A stretch of DNA of 64,000 nucleotides, from assembly GCA_963842885.1 (NCBI GenBank), contig CAWJIE010000005.1, positions 461,927-525,926 on the forward strand, given 5' to 3'. Positions within the stretch are counted from its first letter, which is position 1. Each line of letters starts with the position of its first letter. The position numbers and the translations under genes are program-made. The notes under the pieces were generated by a model, which did not search any database, had not been told where the DNA came from, and saw only the letters and a program-made list of their open reading frames with translations. The DNA is from an uncultured Nitrososphaerota archaeon (lineage in GTDB: Archaea > Thermoproteota > Nitrososphaeria > Conexivisphaerales > DTJL01). Of the stretch, positions 18,474 to 29,808 are shown one piece after another.

Positions 18474-19673
18474 CTACTTCTTCAGCAGCGCTTCTGTGGA
18501 CTCCTTCTTGATCCATCTGATGCTTCCACTGATGTTGATCTGGACTGGGCAAATCTCGTTGCACGCGTCGCATTCAAGGCAGTAGTAGGTCAGAGGCTCA
18601 GCGGCGTCCCTCCCCTCAGTTATCGCCGTCCAAAGCAGACCCACGGCGGCTGTGTATGTGGGGCCTCCCCAGGTAGGGCCGTCGACTGAAAAAGTCGGGC
18701 ACACCAGCTGGCACGCTCCGCACCTTATGCAGCGGAGGGCGTCCCACAACGGCGTCTTCAGAGCTTCGAGCCTGCCGTTGTTCACAAGCACGACATGCAT
18801 CTCCTTCGAGCCCTGGGCGGGCCTCACGAGCGTCTTCTCGATGTCTCGAGTGCCGCTAGGGCCCGCGGAGAGGTTGACGTAAGTGGGGACGGGCGAGCCT
18901 CCGTAGTACCCCTGCAGGAGGGCCGTTTTCACCGCGTCCAGAGTCGTGGGGACAACCTTTTCGATTCCACCGACCACGATGTTCACCGGAGGAATCGCCC
19001 CAGTCAGGCGAACGTTCGCCTCGTTCTCCACGGTCACCACGGTCCCGTCGGCCGCCGAGATAGCGTTAATCCCCGTCATGCCCACCTGCGCTGTGAGGAG
19101 CTTAGTGCGGAGGAACTCTCTTGCTGCCGCCACCATGGCGGGGAGATCGTTGGGGTCGAACGTCTTACCGAACTTCTCCTTGAAGATCTCGGCGACGGCT
19201 TCTCTAGGAACGTGCAGGGCCGGCGAAATCATATGGGCCGGCTTCTCGCCCCTGAATTGGATGATGAGCTCTCCCAAGTCCGTCTCCCAGACCTCGTTAC
19301 CCTTCTCCTGGAGAAAGTGTCGGATGCCGATCTCTTCTGTGACCATGCTCTTGGACTTGACGACGATCTTGCCCGTGCCCACGAGCTTGGAGATGATGTC
19401 CAAAGCGTCCTGCTTAGTGTTCGCGTAGTAGGCGGCGACGCCGTTGGCCTGGAGGGCCTCCATCGCCTGCCTGTAAAGCTCCTCCATGTGCTTGACGTCG
19501 TAGTCCTTGATTGACTTGACCTCAGTGCGGAGCTGAACGACGTCGGCTCTATCCTTGACCTTGTCGTAGTTGCTGACGTAGCTATCCATGCCCCTCTTGA
19601 TGCCCGTTCGCATCGCCTTGTCTCCGAGGGCCTCGTACATCTCCCTCTTGACTTCGAGGAAAGTCTTTGCCAA
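18474..19673 (-). CDS. LUD-domain Fe-S protein (LutB/YkgF-like)
   Basis: KSKSMVTEEI, ETDLGE, GPSGTRDIE, CIRCGACQLVCP, CLECDACNEICP. Confidence 0.88.
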   Translation of the reverse strand: MAKTFLEVKREMYEALGDKAMRTGIKRGMDSYVSNYDKVKDRADVVQLRTEVKSIKDYDVKHMEELYRQAMEALQANGVAAYYANTKQDALDIISKLVGTGKIVVKSKSMVTEEIGIRHFLQEKGNEVWETDLGELIIQFRGEKPAHMISPALHVPREAVAEIFKEKFGKTFDPNDLPAMVAAAREFLRTKLLTAQVGMTGINAISAADGTVVTVENEANVRLTGAIPPVNIVVGGIEKVVPTTLDAVKTALLQGYYGGSPVPTYVNLSAGPSGTRDIEKTLVRPAQGSKEMHVVLVNNGRLEALKTPLWDALRCIRCGACQLVCPTFSVDGPTWGGPTYTAAVGLLWTAITEGRDAAEPLTYYCLECDACNEICPVQINISGSIRWIKKESTEALLKK

Positions 19674-19680
19674 CCTATGA

Positions 19681-20643
19681 TCACCTTAGAACCTCCAGCA
19701 GGTCGAGCGTCTGAAGCCCGGTCTTTGCCTCCACCCTTGTGAAGTTCGCCAGACAGATGGGGCAGGCCAAGATGGCCTTGTCGGCCATCTGTTTCAGCTC
19801 GGCTGCCCTCTTGATGGTGATTTCGTTCGAAACCTTTGGCGCGATGTTCTCGATGGGCCCGCCGCAGCAGAAGGTGAAGTTGCGCGTCCTGACAGGCTCG
19901 GCGACTTCAGCGCCGGCCTGCTCCAGCATGGCCCTGGAGTTCTTCCAAAGGCCCAGCTTCCTGGCCAGAAGGCAGGGGTCGTGAATCGTGAACTTCTGCC
20001 CCTCAAGGGAGTCCTTCGAGACGGCGACGGCTGGGTCGACCACCTCAAGATAGTGCTTGACTTCGATGTCGTAGCCTTTGATGATCTCCGGGTAGAGCAG
20101 TTTGAGGGCCACCGTGGAATGAGGGTCCATGGTTATGACCTTCTTGACGCCATGCTTCTTGAACCTCGCATACACCTCGCGGGCTTGCTCTTCGAAAACC
20201 CAGTCGATGCCCATGTCGTGGAAGAGCACGCCGGAGTAGAGCTCGTCAGAGCCCAGGTAGCTCACTTCCACGCCGCTCCTCTTCAGTAAGAAGACGACGT
20301 TCGTGATTATCTGGCTGAAGCGCTTCTTGTCGCCGGCGGTCAAGGCAGCATACGCCGAAGTGACATCGAGCCCGATGCTGCTCAAGGCTCTGAAGACCCT
20401 AAAGCCGGCGCCTCCGACGCTGGACGACTCCAACCGGTCGAGGCCCGCAACAAACGCATTGATGAACGGGACCATCTGATAGAGACCTCCCGTGTAGATG
20501 ATCGTCCCCGTGTCGGTCGGAAGATTGAGGCCCTCCGACCAGGCCGTGAATTCGGACGTCTTGAGGCCTACGGGGTTGGTCGTCTTCTTCCAGTTGTCTA
20601 TGAGCGTGTTGAAAACGTCTTTCCTGTCCAGCAAGATGGGCAC
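19681..20643 (-). CDS. CCG-domain (Fe-S)-binding oxidoreductase subunit (LutA/GlpC-like)
   Basis: HDPCLLAR, FCCGG, ACPIC; co-oriented with the LUD gene. Confidence 0.8.
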   Translation of the reverse strand: MPILLDRKDVFNTLIDNWKKTTNPVGLKTSEFTAWSEGLNLPTDTGTIIYTGGLYQMVPFINAFVAGLDRLESSSVGGAGFRVFRALSSIGLDVTSAYAALTAGDKKRFSQIITNVVFLLKRSGVEVSYLGSDELYSGVLFHDMGIDWVFEEQAREVYARFKKHGVKKVITMDPHSTVALKLLYPEIIKGYDIEVKHYLEVVDPAVAVSKDSLEGQKFTIHDPCLLARKLGLWKNSRAMLEQAGAEVAEPVRTRNFTFCCGGPIENIAPKVSNEITIKRAAELKQMADKAILACPICLANFTRVEAKTGLQTLDLLEVLR

Positions 20644-20698
20644 TGATGCCCTGAGCCAGATTTAAAAGTATTGGGAAGCTGTGTGCGCAAGCGTAGCG

Positions 20699-21479
20699 CT
20701 ACTTGACCCTCCTCTGGTGCCTCGCTTCGTAGAGGAAGAGGTCCCTGAAGCTTTCATCCAGCTTCTTGTGGTCCAGCTTCTCGTATGTCTCGATGCTGCC
20801 GACGTCCAGCCAGTAGTCCTTGGTCAGGAAGACGTTCACCTTCTTCTTGGCCTCAATCATGCTGGGGATGAGCTGCCCCATGATGTCCAGCTCACTCGTG
20901 CCCTTGGAGATCTCCTCGAGCGCAACGAGGGAGTCGCCCTTGAGAGCAGAGTATCCCTATCCCGACGTCGATGTCGATGACGGGCTTCTCCTCCATCTTG
21001 ACAAGACGGCCACCCTTCACCTTGGCGACGCCCACCGGAAGCTTGTAGCCCTGCGCCACCGCCAGCGTGGCGTCAGAGCCGGAGGAGGCGTGCTGGCTCA
21101 GCATCCGTTTCAGGTCCATCCGCGTCAGTATGTCCCCGTAGTAGACGAGAAGCTGGTCGTCCTCGTTCAAGACTCCCTGCCGGTAGGCGTTGAGGACGGC
21201 GCCGCCGTTGCCCTTCAGCGATGGGTCATCGGCGACGTAGGAAAGCTCCATGGAGACAGGAGCTCCAGATTTGAAGTAGTTCTGGATCTGCTCCGCTTTG
21301 TAGCTGGCAAGGAGGACTGCCCTGTCGATGCCGTTGTACTTCAGCGAGCGCAGGATGTACTCCAGGATGGGCTTCTGCCTCTCGCCCACCGGGAGCATGG
21401 TCTTCTGGAAGTAGTACGTGAGCGGCCTGAGACGACTTCCCAGGCCTCCGCAAAGGACCACCGCCTTCACGCTGCCCAT
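20699..21479 (-). CDS. NDP-sugar pyrophosphorylase / nucleotidyltransferase; frameshifted (~20935)
   Basis: LCGGLGSRLRPLT..QKTML, YGD, EEKP; the C-terminal YWLDVGS is in the 20699-20881 frame. Confidence 0.85.
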
Positions 21480-21593
21480 GGCTGGGCTCATAAGGACGGA
21501 GGCGTTAAAAGAGTTGTGCCTGCCTAGCCGCAACGGAGCAGGGAACACGCTGGGGAGACACGGTGCAAAGAAACGACGCGCCGGTTGGCGGCC

Positions 21594-22331
21594 CTAGACT
21601 ATGGGCGGGCCCACCTTGAAGTGCTCTGCCTTCTGCAAGAGCTCGGCCGGAACCTTCTGGCTCCCTACGTAGGCTGCGAACTTCTTCTTGATGAAGTTCT
21701 CCCACAGGTCCCTGTCCAGGTAGAAGACCCTCGCTCCGCCCAGCTCCGTCTGGAACTCGGGGTACGGCCTGGCCTTGTGCGCCCACTGCAGGCCGATGAC
21801 GCGGTACCCGTTGTAGCTCTCGAAGCAGGCCTCCCAGGACTCCGCGCCCAGATAGTCGAAGGCATACTCGGCCTTCGCGAAGTAGAGGGCTGGACCCGAG
21901 TCGGTCCCTCGCATGAAACTCATCGTATGGAGGCTGTAGGCGACCTTCTCGTTGAACATCCTGGCGTTGGCCAGGCCGGCGAGCTGGCCGTCTATGATGC
22001 CGACAAGGCTGTACGCGTCCTTGATCCGATGCACCTTCTGGGAGAGCACCTCGCCGTAGGTCCTCACGCCGACGATGTCGTAGAAGTCCTTCGGGATGAA
22101 CATGTAGGGCTTGATGGCTTCGAGCACCTGGTCGTACTCGTCTTCCCTGAGCGACCTCACGACCATCTGCTGGCCACCCCTGAGCGTAACGACCTTGGGC
22201 TTCCAAGGTCTCTCTGTCATGGCCTTCATTTCCGGAACGCCACATCGAAGCACCGGCTCCATGTCCTCCACCTTCAGCTTGTGCTCCAGATAGGAGACGG
22301 CCTCCGGGGGCTGGTAATAGGACGAACTCAT
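21594..22331 (-). CDS. Uncharacterised GNAT-like protein, paralog A
   Basis: 245 aa, colinear with 48041-48769 (VEDMEPVLR, FYDIV, SLHT, KAEYAFD, FESYNG, ELGG); the GNAT fold is inferred. Confidence 0.6.
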   Translation of the reverse strand: MSSSYYQPPEAVSYLEHKLKVEDMEPVLRCGVPEMKAMTERPWKPKVVTLRGGQQMVVRSLREDEYDQVLEAIKPYMFIPKDFYDIVGVRTYGEVLSQKVHRIKDAYSLVGIIDGQLAGLANARMFNEKVAYSLHTMSFMRGTDSGPALYFAKAEYAFDYLGAESWEACFESYNGYRVIGLQWAHKARPYPEFQTELGGARVFYLDRDLWENFIKKKFAAYVGSQKVPAELLQKAEHFKVGPPIV

Positions 22332-22465
22332 TTCGGTTACCCTGTTTGTGCGCTTAATGCGAGTTGATATAAATATTTCCGTGCAGAAAATGCAGGATTG
22401 GCCGCGGTGGATGCGTCGCGCCCTAGACTTATTAAAGAGAAAGGCGGTGCAGTTGTGTAAGTCAT

Positions 22466-22894
22466 TTGACGGCTCATCCTCTCAAGACGACTAGGAAGGA
22501 GAAGAGAGTGAAGGTCCTCGTAACCAAGGTGGGGCTGGACGGCCACGACAGGGGACTCAAGGTCGTGGCTAAGGGGCTCGCCGACGCTGGTCTGGAGGTC
22601 GTCTACCTGGGCGTCCACCAGACGGTGGCCAACGTCGTCGCGACGGCAATCCAGGAGGACGTGGACGTCATCGCAGTGAGCATACTCTCCGGCTCCCATC
22701 TGGAGCTAGGCGCCGACCTCGTCAGGGCGATGAAGGCAAAGGGCCTCGACCGGCCATTGGTGTTCGGAGGGGTCATACCCAAGGCGGACGTCGAGCCCCT
22801 GACGAAGCTCGGCGTATTCGCCGTCTACGGGCCCGGGACTTCGCTAGCCTCCATAGCCCAGGCCGTGAAAGACGCTTCGGAGGCGAAGAGCTGA
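22466..22894 (+). CDS. Methylmalonyl-CoA mutase small (B12-binding) subunit
   Basis: KVGLDGHDRG, QEDVDVIAVSILSGSH, GGVIP. Confidence 0.93.
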   Translation: MTAHPLKTTRKEKRVKVLVTKVGLDGHDRGLKVVAKGLADAGLEVVYLGVHQTVANVVATAIQEDVDVIAVSILSGSHLELGADLVRAMKAKGLDRPLVFGGVIPKADVEPLTKLGVFAVYGPGTSLASIAQAVKDASEAKS

Positions 22895-23311
22895 ATGGCC
22901 GTCTCACCAACGAAGTTGGACCACATAGGGATAGCGGTAAGGAGCGTCGACGAAGCCTGCAAGTTCTACCAGGAGACGATGGGGCTTCAGCTCGTGAAGA
23001 AGGAGACCGTTGAAGAGGAGAAGGTCCGCATCGCCATGTTCAAGGTGGGCGAGAGCTATGTGGAGCTGCTGGAGCCGACATCTCCCGACAGCAGCATCGC
23101 GAAGTTCATCGAGAAGAGGGGTGAAGGGGTTCATCACGTCGCCCTCGGATACGACGACGTCAAGGAGGCCCAGGAGTTCTGCAAGCTCAAGGGCGCAGTT
23201 ATGATTCACCCCGAGCCAGAAGACTTGAAGGGAGACAGGATCATCAACTTCATCCATCCCAGGTCGACCCATGGCGTCCTCCTGGAGATCGTCAAGAGGT
23301 ATGGTGACTGA
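22895..23311 (+). CDS. mce: Methylmalonyl-CoA epimerase (VOC fold)
   Basis: [34 protein letters not shown]. Confidence 0.93.
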   Translation: MAVSPTKLDHIGIAVRSVDEACKFYQETMGLQLVKKETVEEEKVRIAMFKVGESYVELLEPTSPDSSIAKFIEKRGEGVHHVALGYDDVKEAQEFCKLKGAVMIHPEPEDLKGDRIINFIHPRSTHGVLLEIVKRYGD

Positions 23312-25011
23312 AGCGATGAAAGGGACAGAACGTTCCGGGCGTAGGAGGAAGGCCGACGGGCGCCACCTCATCGGTTTGGCCAAGTGGGAGTCGGAGGTCC
23401 TGTCGCCCTACCTGGCAGCCTCTCCGGAAAGGGCGACCCAGTTCCTTTCGGAGGACGGCGTCCCCGTACAGCGGCTGGGCACCCCCTCTCAACTGGAGGA
23501 GGAGGGGTGGAGCTACGAGTCCTCGTTGGGATTCCCTGGCAGCTACCCGTTCACTCGGGGAGTGTACCCTACAATGTATAGGGGCCGCCAGTGGACGATA
23601 AGGCAGTACGCTGGCTTCGGGTCGGCCGAGGACACCAACAGACGGTACAGATACCTCCTGAAGACCGGCCAGACGGGGCTCAGCGTGGCCTTCGACCTCC
23701 CCACGCAGCTGGGACTGGACCCAGACCACGAACTCGCCTTCTATGAAGTCGGCAAGGTGGGGGTCTCCCTCTCCAACCTCCGCGAAATGGAGATGGTCTT
23801 CCAACTCAATCCCCCTGAGCAAGGTGTCGACTTCGATGACCATCAACGCCACCGCCATGGAGCTTCTGGCGCTCTACGCCGCTGCCGCCGAAGCCCAGTC
23901 CGTGGACCCCTCTACCCTTCGCGGCACCGTGCAGAACGATATCCTGAAGGAGTACGTAGCCAGGAACAACTTCATCTATCCGCCCGGCCCTTCGATGCGC
24001 TACTCCACCGACATCATAATGCACTGCACGAAGGCCATGCCACAGTGGAACTCGATAAGCATTAGCGGATATCACTTCGAGGAGGCCGGCGCCACACCGT
24101 CCCAGGAGGTGGGATTCACGTTGGCCGACGGCATCGAATACACGCGAGCCGTCGTGGAGAGGGGGATACGCATCGACGAGTTCGCGCCACGCCTCTCCTT
24201 CTTCTTCGCCTCTAGGACGAACCTCCTGGAGCAGGTGGCCAAGTTCAGAGCTGCCAGGAGGATGTGGGCGAAGATCATGAAGGAGAGGTTCGGGGCCAAG
24301 GACCAGAAGTCGCAGATGCTGAGGTTCCATGCCCAGACGGCAGGAGTCACGATGACGGCCCAGCAGCCGGAGGTGAACATAATACGGACGACGCTTCAGG
24401 CCCTGGCTGCTACGCTCGGCGGGGCTCAGTCGCTTCACGTCAACTCGTACGACGAGGCCATCTCCCTGCCCACCGAATCGGCCGTGAAACTTTCGGTTAG
24501 GGTGCAGCAGGCCCTGATGCTGGAATCCGGTATCTCGGACTCGGTAGACCCGCTCGGCGGCTCCTACCTTCTAGAGGAGTTGACCGACTCCATCGAAGAA
24601 AGGGCTTGGAAGATAGTCGACGACGTAGAGAAGATGGGAGGGATGGTCAAGGCTATCGAAAGGGCCTACCCCCAGCGCGAAATCGCAAGCAGCGCGTACG
24701 AATACCAGCTGGGTGTAGAGAAGGGTCGGATCCCCATCATCGGGGTCAACACCATCAAGGAGGATAGCGACGCCAAGCTCGAACCGCTAAGGGTGGACCC
24801 GACCTCGCGAAACAGGGTGATAGAGAGGGTCAAGGAGTACAGGGAGACGAGAGACCGGCCATCCTCTAAGGCCTCCCTCGGAAAGCTGGAGAGGGCGGCG
24901 TCATCTGACGCTAACCTCTTCCCCTACGTGCAGGACTGCATAAAGTCCAGATGCACGGTGGGCGAGATCAGCGGTACCCTCAGGGAAGTCTGGGGGGAGT
25001 GGACCCAGTAG
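23301..25011 (+). CDS. Methylmalonyl-CoA mutase large subunit; frameshifted (~23805)
   Basis: [57 protein letters not shown]. Confidence 0.93.
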
Positions 25012-25014
25012 GGC

Positions 25015-25917
25015 TCAGAACCCCATCGACTTGGACATCTTTGCGGCGAGGGAACCATGGTCTATCAGGTCCAAGATGGTGGAGGACGCCAAGACCATGC
25101 CCACCGACATGTCCAAGCCGGAGGAGTGGCCTCTGGCGACGACGTCCTGTAGGGAAAGTATGTAGGCATCGCCTTCACCCCTCAGGAACGAAGAGACCAC
25201 CGACTCGACGTCTTCGTCCATTAGCCCATGCTGCATGTAGTCAAGGAGCTTGGCGCTGGCCCAGCTGGTCCTCTTCTGAGCCTCTGCGGCGTCTACTAGG
25301 AGCTGGCTCCGCCCCAGGAGCCTGTTCCCCGCGTTGTACATGCAGAGGAAGCCGGCCACGAAGTCGTCGAACGAGGGCGTGAAGCCCGAACCGAGACCCA
25401 AGAGACCATAGGCTCTTCCCAGGAAGGAGGCTTCGTCGAATGGTGAAGAGGGGAGGAAAACGGTGTTGATGAACGACCGATAGGTCTCGAACGCCCTGCC
25501 GTTAGCATCCAGGATGCTCTCCGGGAGGTTGAAGACCCTGAGAAGTGCGGCCGCGGCCGGCAGCTTCTCCCTCAGACTCGCTATGGAATCCTTGCTACTC
25601 CTCTCCGGCCTCACAGAATTGGCAAAGATCCGGTCCGAAAGGAGGAGCTCCACCTGGCCCAGGGAGAGCATGCCGGAATCGAAGGTCGCAGGCTCCCCCA
25701 GCCTGAATGTCTTCTGGAAGTCTGGTCCCCCAGGTTCCACGTTGATGTTAACTGGGCTCCTCACCTCCTTGCGCGTGACGTTGATCAGGTCTGAGGATGA
25801 CGTTTTCAAGTAGACGGAGTTGGGGAAGACGTTGGCCACGACCGGAGAGGCAGCGTCCGCTCTGATCCATTCGAATGCCTTCTCACCTGTGCTCCAGCCG
25901 GTAAGAGTAACGGACAA
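25015..25917 (-). CDS. DUF2877 family protein (YlbF/AllH-like)
   Basis: LLGLGSGFTPSFDDFVAG and GHSSGLD motifs; next to DUF1116 and FdrA. Confidence 0.8.
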   Translation of the reverse strand: MSVTLTGWSTGEKAFEWIRADAASPVVANVFPNSVYLKTSSSDLINVTRKEVRSPVNINVEPGGPDFQKTFRLGEPATFDSGMLSLGQVELLLSDRIFANSVRPERSSKDSIASLREKLPAAAALLRVFNLPESILDANGRAFETYRSFINTVFLPSSPFDEASFLGRAYGLLGLGSGFTPSFDDFVAGFLCMYNAGNRLLGRSQLLVDAAEAQKRTSWASAKLLDYMQHGLMDEDVESVVSSFLRGEGDAYILSLQDVVARGHSSGLDMSVGMVLASSTILDLIDHGSLAAKMSKSMGF

Positions 25918-25925
25918 CCTTGCCC

Positions 25926-27185
25926 TTAGAGGGCGTACTTCTCTGCGTATCCTTTAAGGGCTTTCTTGAACATCTCCATAGGGAAGACCACGAGCCCAGC
26001 TCCCACCTGACCCACGCCCGCCTCCCTGCTGGCGACGCCGGTGTTGATGTTGGGGGTGATTCCGGTCTTAACGACCTTCCTGATGTCGACGCCTGTAGGC
26101 GTCCCCGCGAAGTCGAGGTTGGGGATCAGGAAGTACTTGTGTCGGGCGTAGGTTATCTCGTACATCTTTCTGGTGATCTCGAATGCTGCTGCGACGCTGC
26201 CGCCAACCCATGAGACGATGGCGGGCGCTGTGGCCATGGCAAAGCCTCCGAACCCCGCCGTCTCGGTGATCGAGCTGTCTCCCAAGTCAGGGTTGGAGTC
26301 CTTCGCCGTGAAGCCGGGGAACCAGAGGCCGTTGACCATTGAGGCCGGTGCAGTGAACCAATCTCCGCCGAGGCCGCTCACCCTAATGCCGATGTCGGTC
26401 CCGTTGCGTGCCATGGTGGTTACGATAGTGCTATACTTGACGCCGTGGGCGGCCATCGTCATGGCCTTGGCAGCAGCCATGCCCAGGTTGAGCACCGTGA
26501 AGTTGTTGGCGTTCATGAAGGAGAACGCCTCCTTCAGCTCCCTTCTCTCCCTCCCCGAAGCGACTAGGAAGGGCGAAAGCTCCTTGACGAAGAGACTTGT
26601 GGTGGCGACATACCTGTTGTGGCAGTCGTCTCCCATCGTGAGCCCTTGGGTGATTAGTGGCTTGAAGGCAAATCCGGGCTTCTCCTTCTTCAGCTCCTTC
26701 AGCCCGTCGAGGAGGGTCGGAGCGAAGCTGGTCTCGATGTACGAGAGCCTCTTCATGACCTCTTCGTTGTAAGCGCCGTAGCGAAGGACCTTCCCGATCC
26801 CTTCGTTGAAGTTGCTGTAGGACTTCAGGCCGAACTTCCTGTCAGTCACTTCGAAGACCGGCATCCTGGGCGAAATTATCCCCGCCATGGGGCCGACGGC
26901 ATCGTGGTGGTGGCAGGGCTCGAACTGGACACCCCCGCCCTTGACGAGCCTTTCGGCTTCAGCCGCATCCTTCGCCCAACCCTCGTAGATGCAGGCCCCC
27001 AGGACCGCCCCCTTGACGGGTCCCGACATCCTCTCCCAGGAGATTGGCGGCCCCGCGTGCAGGAGGAGATGGTCCTTCATCCCGGGGATAACCTTGAGGG
27101 CCGGGGCGACGTCGGTCCAGTAGGGCTCGGACTCCATCATCCGATCCACCGCGGTCTGATTCGCCTTCTCGACCTCGTCTTTCAT
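25926..27185 (-). CDS. DUF1116 family protein (YlbE/YahG/AllG-like)
   Basis: LLHAGPP, AVGPMAG, NEGIGKVLRYGA, MGDDCHNR, DLGDSSITE, INTG. Confidence 0.88.
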   Translation of the reverse strand: MKDEVEKANQTAVDRMMESEPYWTDVAPALKVIPGMKDHLLLHAGPPISWERMSGPVKGAVLGACIYEGWAKDAAEAERLVKGGGVQFEPCHHHDAVGPMAGIISPRMPVFEVTDRKFGLKSYSNFNEGIGKVLRYGAYNEEVMKRLSYIETSFAPTLLDGLKELKKEKPGFAFKPLITQGLTMGDDCHNRYVATTSLFVKELSPFLVASGRERRELKEAFSFMNANNFTVLNLGMAAAKAMTMAAHGVKYSTIVTTMARNGTDIGIRVSGLGGDWFTAPASMVNGLWFPGFTAKDSNPDLGDSSITETAGFGGFAMATAPAIVSWVGGSVAAAFEITRKMYEITYARHKYFLIPNLDFAGTPTGVDIRKVVKTGITPNINTGVASREAGVGQVGAGLVVFPMEMFKKALKGYAEKYAL

Positions 27186-27411
27186 GTTGATAGAAGAGCT
27201 CAAACGGCGCACCGAAAATGGCTTTTCGCCCTCTCGATATAAAAGCGTTGCTCAGTCGTGGGCATTGTCGGACCAAATGACCGATTGCATATATAGCGTG
27301 CTGCATTAGTTGCACAGAATGCGAAAGGCGCAAAGCAATGAAACACAGGCAAACCGTACGCAAACAGTTTAAATGGAACCATCAGACTTAGAGATTCTGC
27401 AGGTTCGTAGA

Positions 27412-29028
27412 ATGACTTCTGTCAAGAACGTGGTAAGGGCCAACTTCTACAAGGATTCTCTTCAGCTCATGCAGCTTTCAGAGGACGCGAAGAAGCTCCC
27501 GGGGGTGAAGGACGCCGCCGTCGTCATGGGGACCACCACCAACAAGGAGCTCCTGGAGCGCCTTGGCCTCCTAGCGAAGGAGGGAAGAGAGGCCTCCGAA
27601 AGCGATATGCTCATCGCGGTCCTGACCGAGGACGCAGCTCGACTCGACGGGGCCATCAAGGAAGTGGAAGAACTCCTCACCAGGCCAGCTGCAGTGAAGA
27701 CCGAGGCCTTCAGCAGCGTCGAGGACGCCATGAAGGCGATGCCCGACGCCAACTTCGCTGTCGTCTCAGTACCTGGCGAATATGCCCGGGAAGTGGTCAA
27801 GAAGCTCCTTGACAGGGGAATCCATGTCCACCTCTTCAGTGACCATGTTCCGCATGAGGACGAGACCTACCTGAAGGAGTACGCGAGTGAAAGGGGCCTC
27901 TTCGTCCTCGGCCCGGGCGCGGGCACCTCCATCATCGGTGGGAAGGCCATCGCCTTCGCCAACGTCGTGAACAGGGGGGCCGTCGGAATCGCCGCAGCGG
28001 CCGGCACCGGGTTGCAGGAGGTCAGCGTGCTGGTCAGCAGGGCTGGAAGCGGCATCTCTGAGGGCCTGGGTATCGGAGGAGGAGACGTCAAGGCTTACGT
28101 CGGAGGCATCATGGCCATGGATGCCATCAAGGCCCTTGAGGCCGACCCGGACACCAGGGTCATATGCCTGGTGAGCAAGCCGCCCAGCCCGGAGACCCTG
28201 GACAAGATAATGGCCTTCATAGAAACCCAGACCAAGAAGAAGTACGTCATCTGCTTCCTGGGGAAGAAGAAGTACGAGGTCAAGGACTCCCTTAAAGGGA
28301 GGATCTTCTCGACGAAGTCCCTACACGTCGCCTCCGCACAGGCCATCAGATTCGCCGAAGGAGGCAGGGCCGAGGAGATGATATCGAAGATCTCCATGTC
28401 CCCCGCCGAGGTCGAGAAGCTGGCGAAGGACATGTCAGCTCCTCTCAAGGTCGATCAGAGATTCGTCCGCGGCCTCTACACCGGAGGGACCCTTACCTTC
28501 GAAACGATGCTCCTTCTCACTGAGCTCTTCGGCGGCGTCCATTCGAACGCTCCTCTAGACGACAAGTTCAAGCTTCAGGACAGCTACAAGAGCGAAGGCC
28601 ACACTCTGGTCGACCTGGGCGAAGAGGAGTTCACCGCTGGCAGGGCGCACCCCATGATCGACCCGACCGTTAGGAAGCTGCGGCTCGTCGACGAGGCGAA
28701 GGACAGGTCCGTGGCGGTCATTATCATGGACGTCGTGCTGGGATACGGATCCAACCGGGACCCGGCCGGGGCCATGATACCTTCGATAAGGGAGGCGAAG
28801 GCTATCGCCAAGGCTGACGGGAGGGAGCTTCCCATTCTGGCGCACGTGTGCGGAACCGACCAAGACCCGCAGCCGTTGAAAGAGCAGGAGGGGAAGCTGA
28901 AGAAGGAAGGGGTGATCGTGCTACCCACGAACGCCCTTATGGCCGTCGTCGCAGCGTTGGTGGCGACCAGGGGCCAGGTGAGGGAGGACCTGAAGGTGCA
29001 GATGATGAGGGAGTACTTGGGAGAATAG
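27412..29028 (+). CDS. fdrA: FdrA (AllF-like; succinyl-CoA synthetase-related)
   Basis: YKDSLQLM, MGTTTNK, SVPGEYA, GLYTGGT, GRAHPMIDP, DVVLGYG. Confidence 0.9.
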   Translation: MTSVKNVVRANFYKDSLQLMQLSEDAKKLPGVKDAAVVMGTTTNKELLERLGLLAKEGREASESDMLIAVLTEDAARLDGAIKEVEELLTRPAAVKTEAFSSVEDAMKAMPDANFAVVSVPGEYAREVVKKLLDRGIHVHLFSDHVPHEDETYLKEYASERGLFVLGPGAGTSIIGGKAIAFANVVNRGAVGIAAAAGTGLQEVSVLVSRAGSGISEGLGIGGGDVKAYVGGIMAMDAIKALEADPDTRVICLVSKPPSPETLDKIMAFIETQTKKKYVICFLGKKKYEVKDSLKGRIFSTKSLHVASAQAIRFAEGGRAEEMISKISMSPAEVEKLAKDMSAPLKVDQRFVRGLYTGGTLTFETMLLLTELFGGVHSNAPLDDKFKLQDSYKSEGHTLVDLGEEEFTAGRAHPMIDPTVRKLRLVDEAKDRSVAVIIMDVVLGYGSNRDPAGAMIPSIREAKAIAKADGRELPILAHVCGTDQDPQPLKEQEGKLKKEGVIVLPTNALMAVVAALVATRGQVREDLKVQMMREYLGE

Positions 29029-29211
29029 GTGACAGAGATGTCTCAGAGCGCAAAGAAGCTGTTCGAGTCGGAGCTCAAGGTGATCAACGTCGGCCTGGAG
29101 ATCTTCCACGATGACCTCGCCGCACAGTCGGTCAAGGTGGTGCAGGTGAACTTCACGCCCCCTGCTAAGATCGAGAAGGAATACGAGGACATCCTTTCCA
29201 AGCTGATGTAG
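29029..29211 (+). CDS. Small FdrA-associated protein (detached N-terminal module of YlbE/YahG)
   Basis: LKVINVGLEIFHDDLAAQSVKVVQVNFTPPA. Confidence 0.75.
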   Translation: MTEMSQSAKKLFESELKVINVGLEIFHDDLAAQSVKVVQVNFTPPAKIEKEYEDILSKLM

Positions 29212-29328
29212 GCCTGCCTCGGACGATTCTATCTGCCGACATGGGGCGTCCAGACTCGGCCCTGAAGCCTCAAGAATGCGAAAAAACTTCGGGACGCGCG
29301 AGATCGCTCTCGCGCGCCTTGGTGGGAC

Positions 29329-29808
29329 CTACTTCTTGTAGTACTTCCGCGCGTCCTTCACGGCCTCGACGATCTGGTAGTACGTCCCGCAGCGGCAGAT
29401 GCATCCGCTCAGGTACTCTTTGATCTCTTCTTCGGTGGCATCGGGGTTCGTCTCCAGGAGGTGGTGGGCTGTCAGGACAAAGGCGGGTGTGCAGAAGCCG
29501 CACTGCAGGGCACCATGGTCGACGAATGACTTCTGCAGGGGCGACAGCAGCTCCTCACCCGCGAGGCCCTCGGCCGTCACTATGTCGCTGCCGTCAGCGT
29601 CCACTCCCAACACCAGGCACGTCTTGACAGGCTTGTTGTTGACGAGGGCGGTGCACAGGCCGCATTCCCCCCTCCAGCAGGCCGCCTTGACGCTCTTGAC
29701 TCCCATCCTGTCTCGTAGGACGTCCAGGAGGAGCTCATTGTCCTCGATGGTCGCCCTCCTCTTCGTGCCGTTGACCGTGTACGAAATCTTGTGTGTCAAG
29801 GCTATCAC
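29329..29808 (-). CDS. Molybdenum hydroxylase small 2Fe-2S subunit (CoxS/XdhC-like)
   Basis: CWRGECGLCT, QCGFCTP, CRC. Confidence 0.93.
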   Translation of the reverse strand: MIALTHKISYTVNGTKRRATIEDNELLLDVLRDRMGVKSVKAACWRGECGLCTALVNNKPVKTCLVLGVDADGSDIVTAEGLAGEELLSPLQKSFVDHGALQCGFCTPAFVLTAHHLLETNPDATEEEIKEYLSGCICRCGTYYQIVEAVKDARKYYKK